DNA of 64,000 nt from Methanotrichaceae archaeon (GTDB lineage: Archaea; Halobacteriota; Methanosarcinia; Methanotrichales; Methanotrichaceae), in NCBI GenBank assembly GCA_963803145.1, contig CAWDLW010000011.1:1-64000 (forward strand), in the 5' to 3' direction. Positions 49,479 through 59,620 of the stretch are shown piece by piece. Both the position numbers and the translations under genes were made by a program. Within the stretch, counting starts at the first letter, position 1. Each line of letters opens with the position of its first letter. The notes beneath the pieces were generated by a model. That model made no database searches and was not told the origin of the DNA. It saw only the letters and a program-made list of their open reading frames with translations.

Positions 49479-51611
49479 GTGGTTATGGCAAAGGTCAGGA
49501 TGGCTATGTTCCTTGTAGCTATTGGATTATCGTTTTCTTTTCCCGGCTCAGGATTGAACTCTTCATCATCAGATGGTAGCGACCAGGGATATAGCTTGTA
49601 TATGTCAGAGGCTCCAAAGGATGTTAGCCAGCTAACGGATGAAGAACAGCTATCTGCGCAGAATTTAGGAAACGGCTTACTAATTGTCGATTCAAATGGA
49701 AATGGCAGCAAGACATCACTGGATGTTCCACCTGGGGCGTTTGTCAGGCTAAGGCTGCAGCCAGCAGCCAGTGGCGATCTGAAGCTCTACTGCCGCTTCC
49801 CCACAGGATCGACGGATCTGCTGCTTACTGGCAGAGCGGAGAAGGGCCACAGCTATCGGGCATGGTACCAGACGGAGCTGGAGGGTAATTATGAAGTCTG
49901 GTATACGGTTGACGAGTCCAAGAGCAATTCCGTTCTCTTCAACACCAGCAGCGTTTTGCCTGCTGAGTTTGTAACGGGAATCAGCGCATCCGGAGGTGCC
50001 ATCTCGTCTGCGCCACCAACAATGGCCAGAAGCGGCGGCATATTGGCGGGATATGCACCCGCGGCTGCTCCCAGCATTGGCTTTTCCGCCGGTGGTGCCA
50101 AGGATATCAACAACTTCAGAGAGAATATAAAGCAGAATTACCTGCCTTTACCTACGGACATAACCTATGAGGGGCTCTTTTATGATTACTACTTCGATAC
50201 AGGCCAAGCAAAGGAATGCAACAAGCTCTTCTGCCCTTCGTATAGCTATGCTATCTCTCGTGATCCGTTCTCCAATGAGCCGCAGTATTATCTCTCTGTC
50301 GGCCTCAACTCAGGTATAACCGACTTCAAGCGGAAGAAGTTGAACCTAGTTGTGGTATTGGATTACTCAGGCTCGATGGGCAGCCCATTCGATAGCTACT
50401 ACTACGATCGATTCGGAAACCAGGGTCAGCTAATTAGTGAGGACTCCGGAAAGACAAAGATGGAGATCGCAGATAAGGCGGTTGTATCAATGCTGGATCA
50501 TCTGAATGCAGATGATCGATTTGGCATGGTCATCTTCAGCGATGATGCTTTTGTAGTGGATCCGCTGACACCTGTTGGGGATAAAAATCTAGGGATGCTG
50601 AAGATGCAGATCCTCAAGATCAAGGAGGATGGCTCGACAAATATGGAGGCTGGAATGAAGCGGGCCAACAAGCTCATTGCCAGATATCTGGATGCAGATC
50701 CTTCCGAGTACGAGAACAGGATAATTTTCCTGACGGATGCAATGCCTAATATCGGAGATACTGGCGAGGGAGATTTATCTCAAATTCTGGAGGATAATGC
50801 GGCCCATAGGATCTATACCACATTCATAGGCATAGGCGTGGACTTCAACACAGAGCTTGTAAATCAGATAACCAAGATACGTGGAGCGAACTATTACTCA
50901 GTCCACTCGGCCATTGAGTTCAAACAGCGTATGGACGATGAGTTTGACTTCATGGTCACACCTCTCGTCTTTGATCTGCAGTTGAACTTAAATGCTCCAG
51001 GCTACAGTATCGAGAAGGTCTACGGTTCCCCTGAGGCAGATGAGGCCACAGGTGAGCTGATGAAGGTCAACACGCTATTCCCATCCAAGACGGAAGAGGG
51101 CGCGGTCAAGGGTGGTGTAGTACTAGTGAAGCTCAAAAAGCTTTCACAGGAAAGCAATCCCTCACAAGATAGCAGTATGAGATTAAAGGTGAGCTACACC
51201 GATCGCAATGGAGTGCCGGATAGCGATGAGGCGGTTGTAGATCTGCAGAGTAAAGATCCAGATTATTACCAGAATAGCGGGATTCGCAAGGCTATACTGC
51301 TCTCAAGGTATGCAGATCTTCTCAAAGACTGGACCCTGGATGAGCGGAAGGCTTTGGATACGGGCGTGCGGGTTGTGCCAGCTGTGAACTCCGAGCGCGG
51401 GATCGTTGTGCCTGTGATATTGGGCGAGTGGGAACGCCAGTCTCAGCCTCTACAGGTATCTGAGCCTTATCGCAAGCTCTTCTCAGTATTCGGTTCGTAC
51501 TTCACGGAGGAGAAAGCAGCAATAGGTGACGATACACTGCAGCAGGAGCAGGATATTCTCGATAAGCTCAAGACATATGAGGGCTCAGGCCAGATTCAAA
51601 ATAGTGCATAA
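49479..51611 (+). CDS. Exported vWA-domain protein
   Basis: Signal peptide; MIDAS DYSGS, FLTDAMPN and IGIGVDFN motifs. Confidence 0.88.
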   Translation: MVMAKVRMAMFLVAIGLSFSFPGSGLNSSSSDGSDQGYSLYMSEAPKDVSQLTDEEQLSAQNLGNGLLIVDSNGNGSKTSLDVPPGAFVRLRLQPAASGDLKLYCRFPTGSTDLLLTGRAEKGHSYRAWYQTELEGNYEVWYTVDESKSNSVLFNTSSVLPAEFVTGISASGGAISSAPPTMARSGGILAGYAPAAAPSIGFSAGGAKDINNFRENIKQNYLPLPTDITYEGLFYDYYFDTGQAKECNKLFCPSYSYAISRDPFSNEPQYYLSVGLNSGITDFKRKKLNLVVVLDYSGSMGSPFDSYYYDRFGNQGQLISEDSGKTKMEIADKAVVSMLDHLNADDRFGMVIFSDDAFVVDPLTPVGDKNLGMLKMQILKIKEDGSTNMEAGMKRANKLIARYLDADPSEYENRIIFLTDAMPNIGDTGEGDLSQILEDNAAHRIYTTFIGIGVDFNTELVNQITKIRGANYYSVHSAIEFKQRMDDEFDFMVTPLVFDLQLNLNAPGYSIEKVYGSPEADEATGELMKVNTLFPSKTEEGAVKGGVVLVKLKKLSQESNPSQDSSMRLKVSYTDRNGVPDSDEAVVDLQSKDPDYYQNSGIRKAILLSRYADLLKDWTLDERKALDTGVRVVPAVNSERGIVVPVILGEWERQSQPLQVSEPYRKLFSVFGSYFTEEKAAIGDDTLQQEQDILDKLKTYEGSGQIQNSA

Positions 51612-51701
51612 ATCTCTGCTGGCATAGGGGGTGGCTTTAACAATACAATGCCATCTCCATATATTTTATGGATATAACCAAAGAAGGCTGGTGTTATTTG
51701 G

Positions 51702-52298
51702 ATGGATTACTTCGATGCCGTTCTGGATAAAGTCCAAGCTCTTATAAACAATGATAACCAGTCCGTTGCACATAGGATGGATCATGTTCAAAGGGTCCTC
51801 TTAAATGCCTGCGACATAGCTGGCCATTATCCTGAGGCTGATCTTGAAGTCCTCAAGCTCTCAGTGTTGCTGCATGACGTCTGCCAGCCCTTCGACCGCA
51901 AGGAAGAACATGTGAAGCTGAGCGTGGATATGGCAAGAGAGATTCTTCGGGAGGTCGGATATCCTATTGAGAGAGCAGAGAAGGTTTTACGCATAATATC
52001 TGAGCACTCGACTGAATGCTTAAGTGTAAGCAGGCCGACGTCTATCGAGGCCAGGATACTCTTTGATGCCGACAAGCTTGATGGCCTAGGTGCAAGTGGA
52101 ATTGCCAGAGTCTTCGCCCTCTTCGGCCAGCGCGGAATGACTCCACTTGAGGCAGTGCCCTGGTATCTTCATAAGATGATGGTGGCAGGAGAGAACATCC
52201 AGACAGAGCAGGGAAGGTGTATGGCGATGGAGCGGTCGAAATACGTTCTGGACTTCATAGAAAGAATAAAAGCCGAAAATAAGCTTGGGGATCAATGA
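51702..52298 (+). CDS. HD-domain phosphohydrolase
   Basis: HRMDHVQRV, LLHDV and DADKLDGLGASG motifs. Confidence 0.9.
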   Translation: MDYFDAVLDKVQALINNDNQSVAHRMDHVQRVLLNACDIAGHYPEADLEVLKLSVLLHDVCQPFDRKEEHVKLSVDMAREILREVGYPIERAEKVLRIISEHSTECLSVSRPTSIEARILFDADKLDGLGASGIARVFALFGQRGMTPLEAVPWYLHKMMVAGENIQTEQGRCMAMERSKYVLDFIERIKAENKLGDQ

Positions 52299-52828
52299 TG
52301 CAGCAAGTTCAACAAAGATCTCTTTCCGAATTCATAAAAGCCCTCCAGATCCAGGCGGATTTTAAGTGCCTGCAGTGCGGAAGATGCTGTTGTTTGTCTG
52401 ATCCGATATCGATAACTGCCAGAGATGCAGAGAGGATATCTCAGTACCTGGATATTACGATGGAACAGTTTCTGGAGAAGTTTGCGAAGAGGACAAATGC
52501 ATCAGATAGCGGCCTTTCCTTATCGTCGCAGCCTTGCATATTTTTCAAGGAAGGCACGGGATGTATAGTTTATCAGGCCAGGCCAATGATCTGCAGGATG
52601 TATCCGCCGATAGCGCTGTTCGTCCATGGACGGCTTAAGGACAGCAAATGCCCCGGAATGGAAGCATCCAATAGACTCTGCAAAGAGTATCCATTAGAAG
52701 ACGACGATTGCTCTTACACATCTCTTCTTGGGATAGTCGAGGCCGTCCAGGCGCAGGGTATACCTGTTAATATCGAGAGAAATGAAGATGGATCGATTGA
52801 GCTGAAGCTTGTCCGATACTTTATGTAA
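52295..52828 (+). CDS. YkgJ-family CxxCxxCC cysteine-cluster protein
   Basis: CLQCGRCC...PCIF...CIVYQARPMICRMYP. Confidence 0.9.
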   Translation: MMQQVQQRSLSEFIKALQIQADFKCLQCGRCCCLSDPISITARDAERISQYLDITMEQFLEKFAKRTNASDSGLSLSSQPCIFFKEGTGCIVYQARPMICRMYPPIALFVHGRLKDSKCPGMEASNRLCKEYPLEDDDCSYTSLLGIVEAVQAQGIPVNIERNEDGSIELKLVRYFM

Positions 52829-52890
52829 TCTACAGTTTTATGGCAGGTGCAGGGTGGCCGGTGAGATATGCTTGGCCCATTTATGGGCGT

Positions 52891-53023
52891 GAGCCAAAAG
52901 GGTAGATTCCAGACCAAACAGGTAAGAGAAGTGCCTGAACAGGTCAACTCTAATTCCTATTCACGTCGTCCCTCCCGTAGGGTAGCCCGTCGCGGCGATT
53001 GAGCGACAGCCCCGTTTTAGCTC
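52891..53023. ncRNA. Candidate structured RNA motif, copy A (related to 58452-58587)
   Basis: Shared ordered blocks TCCAGAC, CAGGTAA, TGAAC and TAGCCYGTCGCGGC-n-GCGACAGCCCCGT, with a closing stem. Confidence 0.45.
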
Positions 53024-53232
53024 TTGTTATCACCCCAAAAGAGGCGTTAGATGAATTGTAAATTGGTTCCAACAATAGCTATCCCTTGGCGGATTCATGC
53101 GGATTTCAAGGAATAGTCGTAGGGAGAAGGCAGAGTGGCAGATCAATAGTCTTGCTTACGGAAATGGGTCATGGCCCGATATCAGCAGATGTGAATTTTG
53201 GGATGCTTTCAAGTTTATTTCAAAGGGTTAAT

Positions 53233-53637
53233 CTATAGTGAGTCATCGAATCCTATCTTGGCATGTGATCCATCGCAGAAAGGCTTCTTCTTCGATCCTC
53301 CGCACCTGCACAGGGCAAAGGGGCCGCAGCTTGCAATCTCCTTATCATCGCGATCAATGAGTGCGCAATTGCCTTTAACCAGTAGCGGTCCGTTCTTCAT
53401 CACCTTAATCTCAGCCGAAGGATTTTGGATCGATTCTGATTTTTTATATGATAAGGCCCCCGAAGGGCATTTATCGATCGCCTTCATGATCTCTTCGGAG
53501 CTCGCACCTTTCATGTTTATCCATGGCCTTTTATTGCGGTCGAAGACCTGAGGCAAGCCGTTCACGCAACTCCTTGAATGAATGCATTTTTCCGGGTCCC
53601 AGTAAACCGTTATCTCCTCGTTTGTATACTCTTTCAT
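53233..53637 (-). CDS. Divergent 4Fe-4S domain plus CDGSH iron-sulfur protein
   Basis: CIHSRSC...CPSGAL and LCRCGGSKKKPFCDGSH motifs. Confidence 0.92.
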   Translation of the reverse strand: MKEYTNEEITVYWDPEKCIHSRSCVNGLPQVFDRNKRPWINMKGASSEEIMKAIDKCPSGALSYKKSESIQNPSAEIKVMKNGPLLVKGNCALIDRDDKEIASCGPFALCRCGGSKKKPFCDGSHAKIGFDDSL

Positions 53638-54106
53638 CGCATATGGAGTAATTGTAGTACTACTAAGCTTTTCTGCTGATAATTGCTTTGAAGCAGTATT
53701 AGAGTGGTAAATATCTCGTCCCTTCGGCCATTGTATTGTATCCCATGTAGTGATCTAAATTTTCATCATAAAAGAACTCTGATAATAATCATAAGAATAC
53801 TATCGATTGTTCAATATCACGGATATTACTATGATGACTATTCCCGGCGATTAATTAGGCCGCAGCACAATTAATTAAATTTAAATACTTTAAAATCCTG
53901 TTAGCTTATAGAGGGCCTCGATGTATTCTTCCCCCTGACTCGAAGGCTCTACTCCCTTTCAATCATTGCTGTATTTCGCCTTATATCCTTCTTAAGGCAG
54001 CAGACTGACACCCGACCACCGTGAAACTCATAAAAAATAGTTGAGACTTCGCATGACAAGATTAGTTGAATCTGAAAGGATGAACGAAATAGACTAATTG
54101 TCCTAT

Positions 54107-54817
54107 CTAGGCTGCAGATATAGCCTCATTTTTGCAGTTTTGTTCTGCCAATGCCAGATCTTGGCTGGCGCTAGGCATCTCAGGCCAGGGAAGACTATAA
54201 TTTGGGTCCAACGATATCGATTTCCTAAAGGCGAAAATGGCTCCAGTGCAATTTCCCTGCTTCTGATAAATCGATCCCTTTATATGCCAGTAGTGGGCCG
54301 AATCTGGCTCCAGAGAGAGGGCCTGTTCTATGGCAGATTCTGCTTCATTTATCTGACCTAATGATAGGCAAGATAGAGCTTTGATACCATATGCAGTGGC
54401 ATACGATGGATCCATGGTTGTAGCCTTTTCTGCGTCCATTAATGCAGCAGTTGCATTGTCCCTAGCCAGGTAAGCATATCCTCTGCTGGCAAATCTTACT
54501 GGATTTGGCTCTATGGCTATGGCTTTATTGAGGAGCGCTATAGCATCGATGGGTTTGCTTATCTTCCGCAGCGAATAAGCCTTCATGCATAGAAGTCTTG
54601 GATCGTCTGGATATTTTGCCAGGCCCTCATCGGTAGTCTTGATGGACATATCCCAGTTTCCTTCAGCGATATACTCCTGGCCTTGGGCTATACATTGATT
54701 TATGTTGGACTCTCCGCTGGTTAGGCAAGAATCATTAGTTGCACAAGCAATCCCGACAATAGCTACAAAAACTAAAATAGATGCCGACTTATTCCATGAA
54801 ACCAAAAACCCCAACAT
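54107..54817 (-). CDS. Exported TPR protein (start approximate)
   Basis: TPR repeats and a hydrophobic leader; the longer ORF-track start overlaps the neighbouring gene and is unlikely. Confidence 0.8.
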   Translation of the reverse strand: MLGFLVSWNKSASILVFVAIVGIACATNDSCLTSGESNINQCIAQGQEYIAEGNWDMSIKTTDEGLAKYPDDPRLLCMKAYSLRKISKPIDAIALLNKAIAIEPNPVRFASRGYAYLARDNATAALMDAEKATTMDPSYATAYGIKALSCLSLGQINEAESAIEQALSLEPDSAHYWHIKGSIYQKQGNCTGAIFAFRKSISLDPNYSLPWPEMPSASQDLALAEQNCKNEAISAA

Positions 54818-54891
54818 ATACAATCCCACTGATGCTATCATTAAATATAGATTATATAAAACTTCCAGATCTTCTTTGCCGATATTAGCAT

Positions 54892-56301
54892 CTAGCACCA
54901 CTCCTCGCCTTTCCTCAGCCACGCGTCCATATCCTTTGCCGCTATCTTTCCTGCACCCATTGCACTGATGACTGTGGCTCCGCCCGTGGTGATATCACCG
55001 CCAGCCCAGACTCCTTTCATCGTAGTCCTTCCGCGCTCATCAACTGCCAGAGTTCCCCATTTCGTTGTCTTCAGCTCAGGCGTGCTGGATGGTATAAGTG
55101 GATTCGGTATTGTCCCGACTGCGATGATGACAGTATCGACCTCAATGGAATGCTCTGAGCCTTTTTTGACTCTTGGGCTCCTCCTGCCGCTCTCATCCGG
55201 CTCCCCAAGCTCCATATCCACTAGCTCCATAGCCCTGACTCCACCACGTTCATTGCCCAGGAACCTTGTCGGATTGGTTAGGAAATCGAAGACGACGCCC
55301 TCCTCTAAAGCGTTCTCCACCTCTTCCAGCCGGGCGGGCATCTCTTCGCGAGAGCGACGATAAATAATATGCACATCTTCCGCTCCCAGACGAAGCGCAC
55401 AACGAGCTGAATCCATTGCTACATTTCCTCCGCCGATCACAGCCACCTTTTTGCCCAATCTCACCGGCGTGTCATACTCGGGGAACCTGTAAGCCTTCAT
55501 CAAGTTGATTCTTGTGAGATATTCATTGGCAGAATAAATGCCGCTCAGGTTTTCTCCCGGGATATTCATGAACCTCGGAGCACCTGCACCGATCCCCAGA
55601 AATACAGCATCAAATCCGTCATCGATTAACTCTTTCACCTGCGTTTGTCTGCCTACGACAGAATCGAGTTCAAGATCTGCGCCCAGAGATTGAACGTAGT
55701 CGACCTCAGATTTGACGATGCTTTTGGGAAGCCTGAACTCGGGTATTCCGTAGACTAAGACCCCACCGGCTTCATGCAGTGCCTCGAAGATTACTACGCT
55801 ATGGCCCATCCTTACAAGCTCAGCTGCACAGGTCAGACCTGCAGGGCCTGAGCCGACGATTGCAATCCTTTTCCCAGTAGATGAATGAATTTCGGGGCGA
55901 CACCGCTCATTGCTCAGCTCCCAGTCAGCAACGTAGCGCTCCAGCCGGCCTATGGCAATAGGTGATTTCTTCTTTGCAAGGACACATTTGCACTCGCACT
56001 GGTCCTCCTGCGGGCAGACCCTTCCGCATACTCCGGGCAAGCTATTCTTTCTTTTTAATATCCTGGCGGCCTCGGCCATATCGCCATCCCTTAGCGCCTT
56101 GATAAATTGCGGAATCTCTATGCCCACAGGACAGCCTTCGATACATTTAGGCTTCTTACACTGGAGGCATCTGTTTGCCTCTTCAAGCGCCTGCTTCTCG
56201 GAATAGCCCAATGCGACCTCTTCGAAGTTCCATCTCCTCTCCTCTGGAGATTGCTTGGGCATCTCGACCCTGCTCAAGTTCATCTTAGACATAACACTCA
56301 T
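54892..56301 (-). CDS. GltD/SudA/NfnB-like NADPH-dependent Fe-S flavoprotein (often annotated as homotetrameric glutamate synthase)
   Basis: RCLQCKKPKCIEGCPV, CGRVCPQEDQCE, GSGPAG, GGGNVAMD and GATVISAMGAG motifs. Confidence 0.92.
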   Translation of the reverse strand: MSVMSKMNLSRVEMPKQSPEERRWNFEEVALGYSEKQALEEANRCLQCKKPKCIEGCPVGIEIPQFIKALRDGDMAEAARILKRKNSLPGVCGRVCPQEDQCECKCVLAKKKSPIAIGRLERYVADWELSNERCRPEIHSSTGKRIAIVGSGPAGLTCAAELVRMGHSVVIFEALHEAGGVLVYGIPEFRLPKSIVKSEVDYVQSLGADLELDSVVGRQTQVKELIDDGFDAVFLGIGAGAPRFMNIPGENLSGIYSANEYLTRINLMKAYRFPEYDTPVRLGKKVAVIGGGNVAMDSARCALRLGAEDVHIIYRRSREEMPARLEEVENALEEGVVFDFLTNPTRFLGNERGGVRAMELVDMELGEPDESGRRSPRVKKGSEHSIEVDTVIIAVGTIPNPLIPSSTPELKTTKWGTLAVDERGRTTMKGVWAGGDITTGGATVISAMGAGKIAAKDMDAWLRKGEEWC

Positions 56302-56599
56302 TATTACGGCTTTAGGGATTGAGTGCCTTTCTCAATCACCTTTTGCTAAATACATTCGTTTCCAGCTGCTTGCGATAGTTCTTCGATTCGACCTCTTCTA
56401 TGCGACTGTCACCGTTGATAATAAATAACTTATTGCCCGATCGCATAAGATGCAGGGTAGCCTTTGAGAATGATAAGAATTATGGAGATCAATCCACAAC
56501 TTGTATTGGGCCTGGAATAGCAAAGATGCTGCTTTAGGTCAGCAGGGCAAATACGGGTCATGGGTGTGTGCCACTGAAAAGATTATTATGAATCGAAAG

Positions 56600-56830
56600 C
56601 AATAGTCAATTTATCGGAATATCGTCAAGAGAAGAGAAGTGAAAAGAGCTTTAATTGCTTTAGGACACCATATGCTCAGGGATATTTATCGAGTGTTGAG
56701 CACAGGCGAACCTTATCATGACGTTGGAGCTGAAGCGGTTATCAGCTTCTCCTCAAAAAAGAAAGAGCAAAGGATGATAAGGTTGCTTGAGCGTGCAGGT
56801 TATACGGTAACAAGGGCAGCTGCTGCATAG
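56600..56830 (+). pseudogene. IS110-family transposase C-terminal remnant
   Basis: KRALIALGHHMLRDIYRVLSTGEPYHDVG...LERAGYTV resembles IS110 C-termini; no N-terminal part. Confidence 0.7.
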
Positions 56831-56893
56831 ACCATGCATGATGTATTTTCATATCAAGGCACAAAGATAATATAACGGTACCTTTAGCTCATA

Positions 56894-58255
56894 TTGATGT
56901 CCCTAAAGCCTATTATAATAGGATCGATAACAATAATTCTGGTGCTTTTTATCACCTCTGCTGCAGAGGTGGCCAAGATGAATGTTACTGAATCGAATAC
57001 ATCAACTTCAGGAAACTCCGCCATTGCAAAGGATGAGATCATCATCGCCAAGGAGAACGGAATCCAGGTGGAGTGGCGGCACATCGTCCTGAAAGGGAAC
57101 AACACCCAGATAGGCATGGCTCTTGGCCAGATAGCTCAGAGAGATTATGGTATCAAATCTCTGTCGAGATACGCCGATCCTATATACGGCAAGGCTAGAC
57201 AGGTGTATATGGAGAGGAACTATCCCATCATGAGCGAAAGGATGAAGGGCATAGCTATGGCCTATGGCCTCTCTCCAGATAATGCCACCTTCGATACTAA
57301 TACCCTGCCCTATGATACAGGATCTTTAACCTGCTCCATGATCTACTTCCCCCCTGATACGATGGCCAATGGCCACGCCATAACCTCCAGGAATATGGAA
57401 TGGTATCTGGTTCCTCTGGATGTCTACCTTAACAAGACTGAGAAGAGTGTCGGCAATGCGGTATTCTCTCGAGACTTCATAATGGAGATATATCCTGATA
57501 AGGGTTACTCGACTTTAGCAATTGGTACCAGTGACCTCAGCACAGTTACCGATGGTCTGAACTCCGCAGGTTTGGGTATATCATTGCTAGAGGATTCTTG
57601 GATGGAACCGGTCCTGAATGTGCCCTTTGCAGGCAGTAGAGACAGCGGCATTGCTAGCGTGCAGATAACGCGGCTCATCCTGGAGACCTGCAAGACTGTG
57701 GGAGAAGCAAAGATAGCTTTCCTGGCCAACAAAGAGTTCCTTCCTGCGATGGGGGTTCACTACATGGTCTATGATAGCCAGGGAAATTCCACAATAATCG
57801 AGTGGAACAAGACGGATGGAAACCTGTACTTCACAGACGGCAACAATAGCAAGCCTAATATCATGACAAATCACCCCATGTACCTTTTCTCCAAATACGC
57901 CATAAAAGATCTGCCGAGGGAGAAGAATCTGATCCCATACAACGACCCATATGATACCTTCAACCGCTATATAACTCTGTATAACATCACCAGCAGCCAT
58001 AAGGGCAAGTTCTCTGAGATGGACGCTGCCAATGCATTGAGTGCAGTCTCAGCCAACAAAGTGATCGCAGCCGAAGGCGCTATGAAACCGCTTCCCATCA
58101 ATACGATCTATCATGTCCTTATGGATCTTACTAATAGAAGCATGAATGTGAAATTCTACCTCAAGAACGGGCCTATTGATCCAAAGACAAAGGAGAACAC
58201 TTCGATCTACTCGCCGTACTTTGCCTTCAGTATGGGCAATTCAACTCTGAGGTAA
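56894..58255 (+). CDS. Exported Ntn-hydrolase (C45 / choloylglycine hydrolase-like)
   Basis: TCSM nucleophile, RNMEW, DGLNSAGL, HYMVYD and MTNH motifs. Confidence 0.85.
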   Translation: MMSLKPIIIGSITIILVLFITSAAEVAKMNVTESNTSTSGNSAIAKDEIIIAKENGIQVEWRHIVLKGNNTQIGMALGQIAQRDYGIKSLSRYADPIYGKARQVYMERNYPIMSERMKGIAMAYGLSPDNATFDTNTLPYDTGSLTCSMIYFPPDTMANGHAITSRNMEWYLVPLDVYLNKTEKSVGNAVFSRDFIMEIYPDKGYSTLAIGTSDLSTVTDGLNSAGLGISLLEDSWMEPVLNVPFAGSRDSGIASVQITRLILETCKTVGEAKIAFLANKEFLPAMGVHYMVYDSQGNSTIIEWNKTDGNLYFTDGNNSKPNIMTNHPMYLFSKYAIKDLPREKNLIPYNDPYDTFNRYITLYNITSSHKGKFSEMDAANALSAVSANKVIAAEGAMKPLPINTIYHVLMDLTNRSMNVKFYLKNGPIDPKTKENTSIYSPYFAFSMGNSTLR

Positions 58256-58267
58256 TAGTGTAATGGT

Positions 58268-58307
58268 GCCAGGGAATCCCCATCATAAAGGATGGGGATA
58301 ATTTGGC
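58268..58307. other. Hairpin: terminator or IS200/IS605-like end
   Basis: ATCCCCATC (58276-58284) / GATGGGGAT (58291-58299), flanked by GCCA/TGGC. Confidence 0.4.
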
Positions 58308-58451
58308 CCTTTGCAACAACCCTATATGTAACCAACATCTTCTGCCTTAATCTGGGTCATTTCGCCTACATGCAGGCCAGCTCCCGCCAGCAGTAATAGT
58401 ATGCATCTTTCTCTGTCTTCCTCGGCAGCCTTCAGCAAGGCATTGAACTGC

Positions 58452-58621
58452 GGCTGGAGTCGGCGCATATGTCCAGACAAATCGAGGAGACAGGTAATCA
58501 ATCAGCCGTTTGTTACCTCCTCGTGTGAACCGTCCCGGAGGGCGTTAGCCTGTCGCGGCTGCTTTCGCGACAGCCCCGTAAACAGCCAGCGCGGGAGCGG
58601 AGCGACTCGCGGGCACTCCAG
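58452..58621. ncRNA. Candidate structured RNA motif, copy B
   Basis: Same ordered blocks as copy A; stems GGCTG/CAGCC, AGGTAA/TTACCT, TGTCGC/GCGACA and alternative CTGGAGT/ACTCCAG. Confidence 0.45.
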
Positions 58622-58703
58622 AATGTGAGGTTGAAAATGAATAGAACGTCTTCAAGTGAATAGCTAATTAATAATACTAGTATTGACAATCACCCAATAA
58701 AGT

Positions 58704-59564
58704 ATGATACCAGAGCCATTCGTCGATACTGAAACAGATAGGACAAAGTCCAGGTGGGTGGCCAAAGCATACCAGGAATTCATTAGAGAGACCGGCAGAC
58801 AGAGGACCACACTTAGGGGACTTTTCTATTATGCGCTTAAGAGAAAAGAGCAAGATTATCCCATTTGTGGCAAATTTGTTGGTGAGATCAGGATTACCAG
58901 ACCCTACCACGAGAGCGATGGAGAGCGCCTTCCGAAATGGGTCAACAGGGCTAGGAAGCTCGGCTTCATACATGCAGATGCTATCTTAGACGAAGTTCCG
59001 GGAGAGCACTTCTTCCTGCCTGAATCTGAGGGGAATATGCCTTATCGAGTCGAAGTATGGCTGAACAAATCAGCCTTTAATCCGATCCTGCAGCCGGTAT
59101 GCGATAAGCATAGTGCAACACTCGTTTCAGTTGATGGCAAGCCATCGAAGACGGCTATTGATGATCTTTACCAGCGCTCTGTTGGACATGCTACTATTAT
59201 CATATGCCTTTCCGATCTAAGCGCTTCCAGCCTTTCCTTCTGCAGAGATCTCGCAGTAGAAATCGCAAAAGGAAAGCCAGCAGGCGAATGGGATATCCGC
59301 CTGAAGAGAATCGGCCTTACTCCCAAGCAGGTTCTGAATTTGGATATCCCTCAAGTTACTGGTGAGCGGAGCGGAAATGTTGATGAGGCCGAATATAGAA
59401 AATATGTGGAGCCCTTTAGGCTGAACCCAAGAAAAATGTCAGAGCTTGATGCACTGGAGGCGCATTATCCGGGAGGCATTGCAGGTTTCATCGATGATGC
59501 TTTATCGAAAACTAATGGGTCCGATAATGAGCAGCTAATGCTTGATCTTAAGGGGGGACATTAG
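58704..59564 (+). CDS. Hypothetical wHTH plus Toprim-like protein (Topo VI-A/JetD-like, degenerate)
   Basis: TTLRGLFYY, VEVWLNKS, LSDLS, RIGLTPKQV and ELDALE motifs. Confidence 0.65.
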   Translation: MIPEPFVDTETDRTKSRWVAKAYQEFIRETGRQRTTLRGLFYYALKRKEQDYPICGKFVGEIRITRPYHESDGERLPKWVNRARKLGFIHADAILDEVPGEHFFLPESEGNMPYRVEVWLNKSAFNPILQPVCDKHSATLVSVDGKPSKTAIDDLYQRSVGHATIIICLSDLSASSLSFCRDLAVEIAKGKPAGEWDIRLKRIGLTPKQVLNLDIPQVTGERSGNVDEAEYRKYVEPFRLNPRKMSELDALEAHYPGGIAGFIDDALSKTNGSDNEQLMLDLKGGH

Positions 59565-59620
59565 CTCCCGGAAAGATAGAGATGGATATAGATTTAGATT
59601 CTGCATTAAAATAAGGCAAG

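Noticed and set aside
52997-53014. Minus-strand GGGGCTGTCGCTCAATCG resembling a tRNA-Ala 5' end
   Set aside because: No anticodon arm, T-arm (GTTCRA) or acceptor complement at tRNA spacing.
58510-58530. CCTCCTCGTG resembling an HDV-ribozyme core
   Set aside because: It pairs in a simple hairpin with 58483-58497, and I could not build the nested double pseudoknot.
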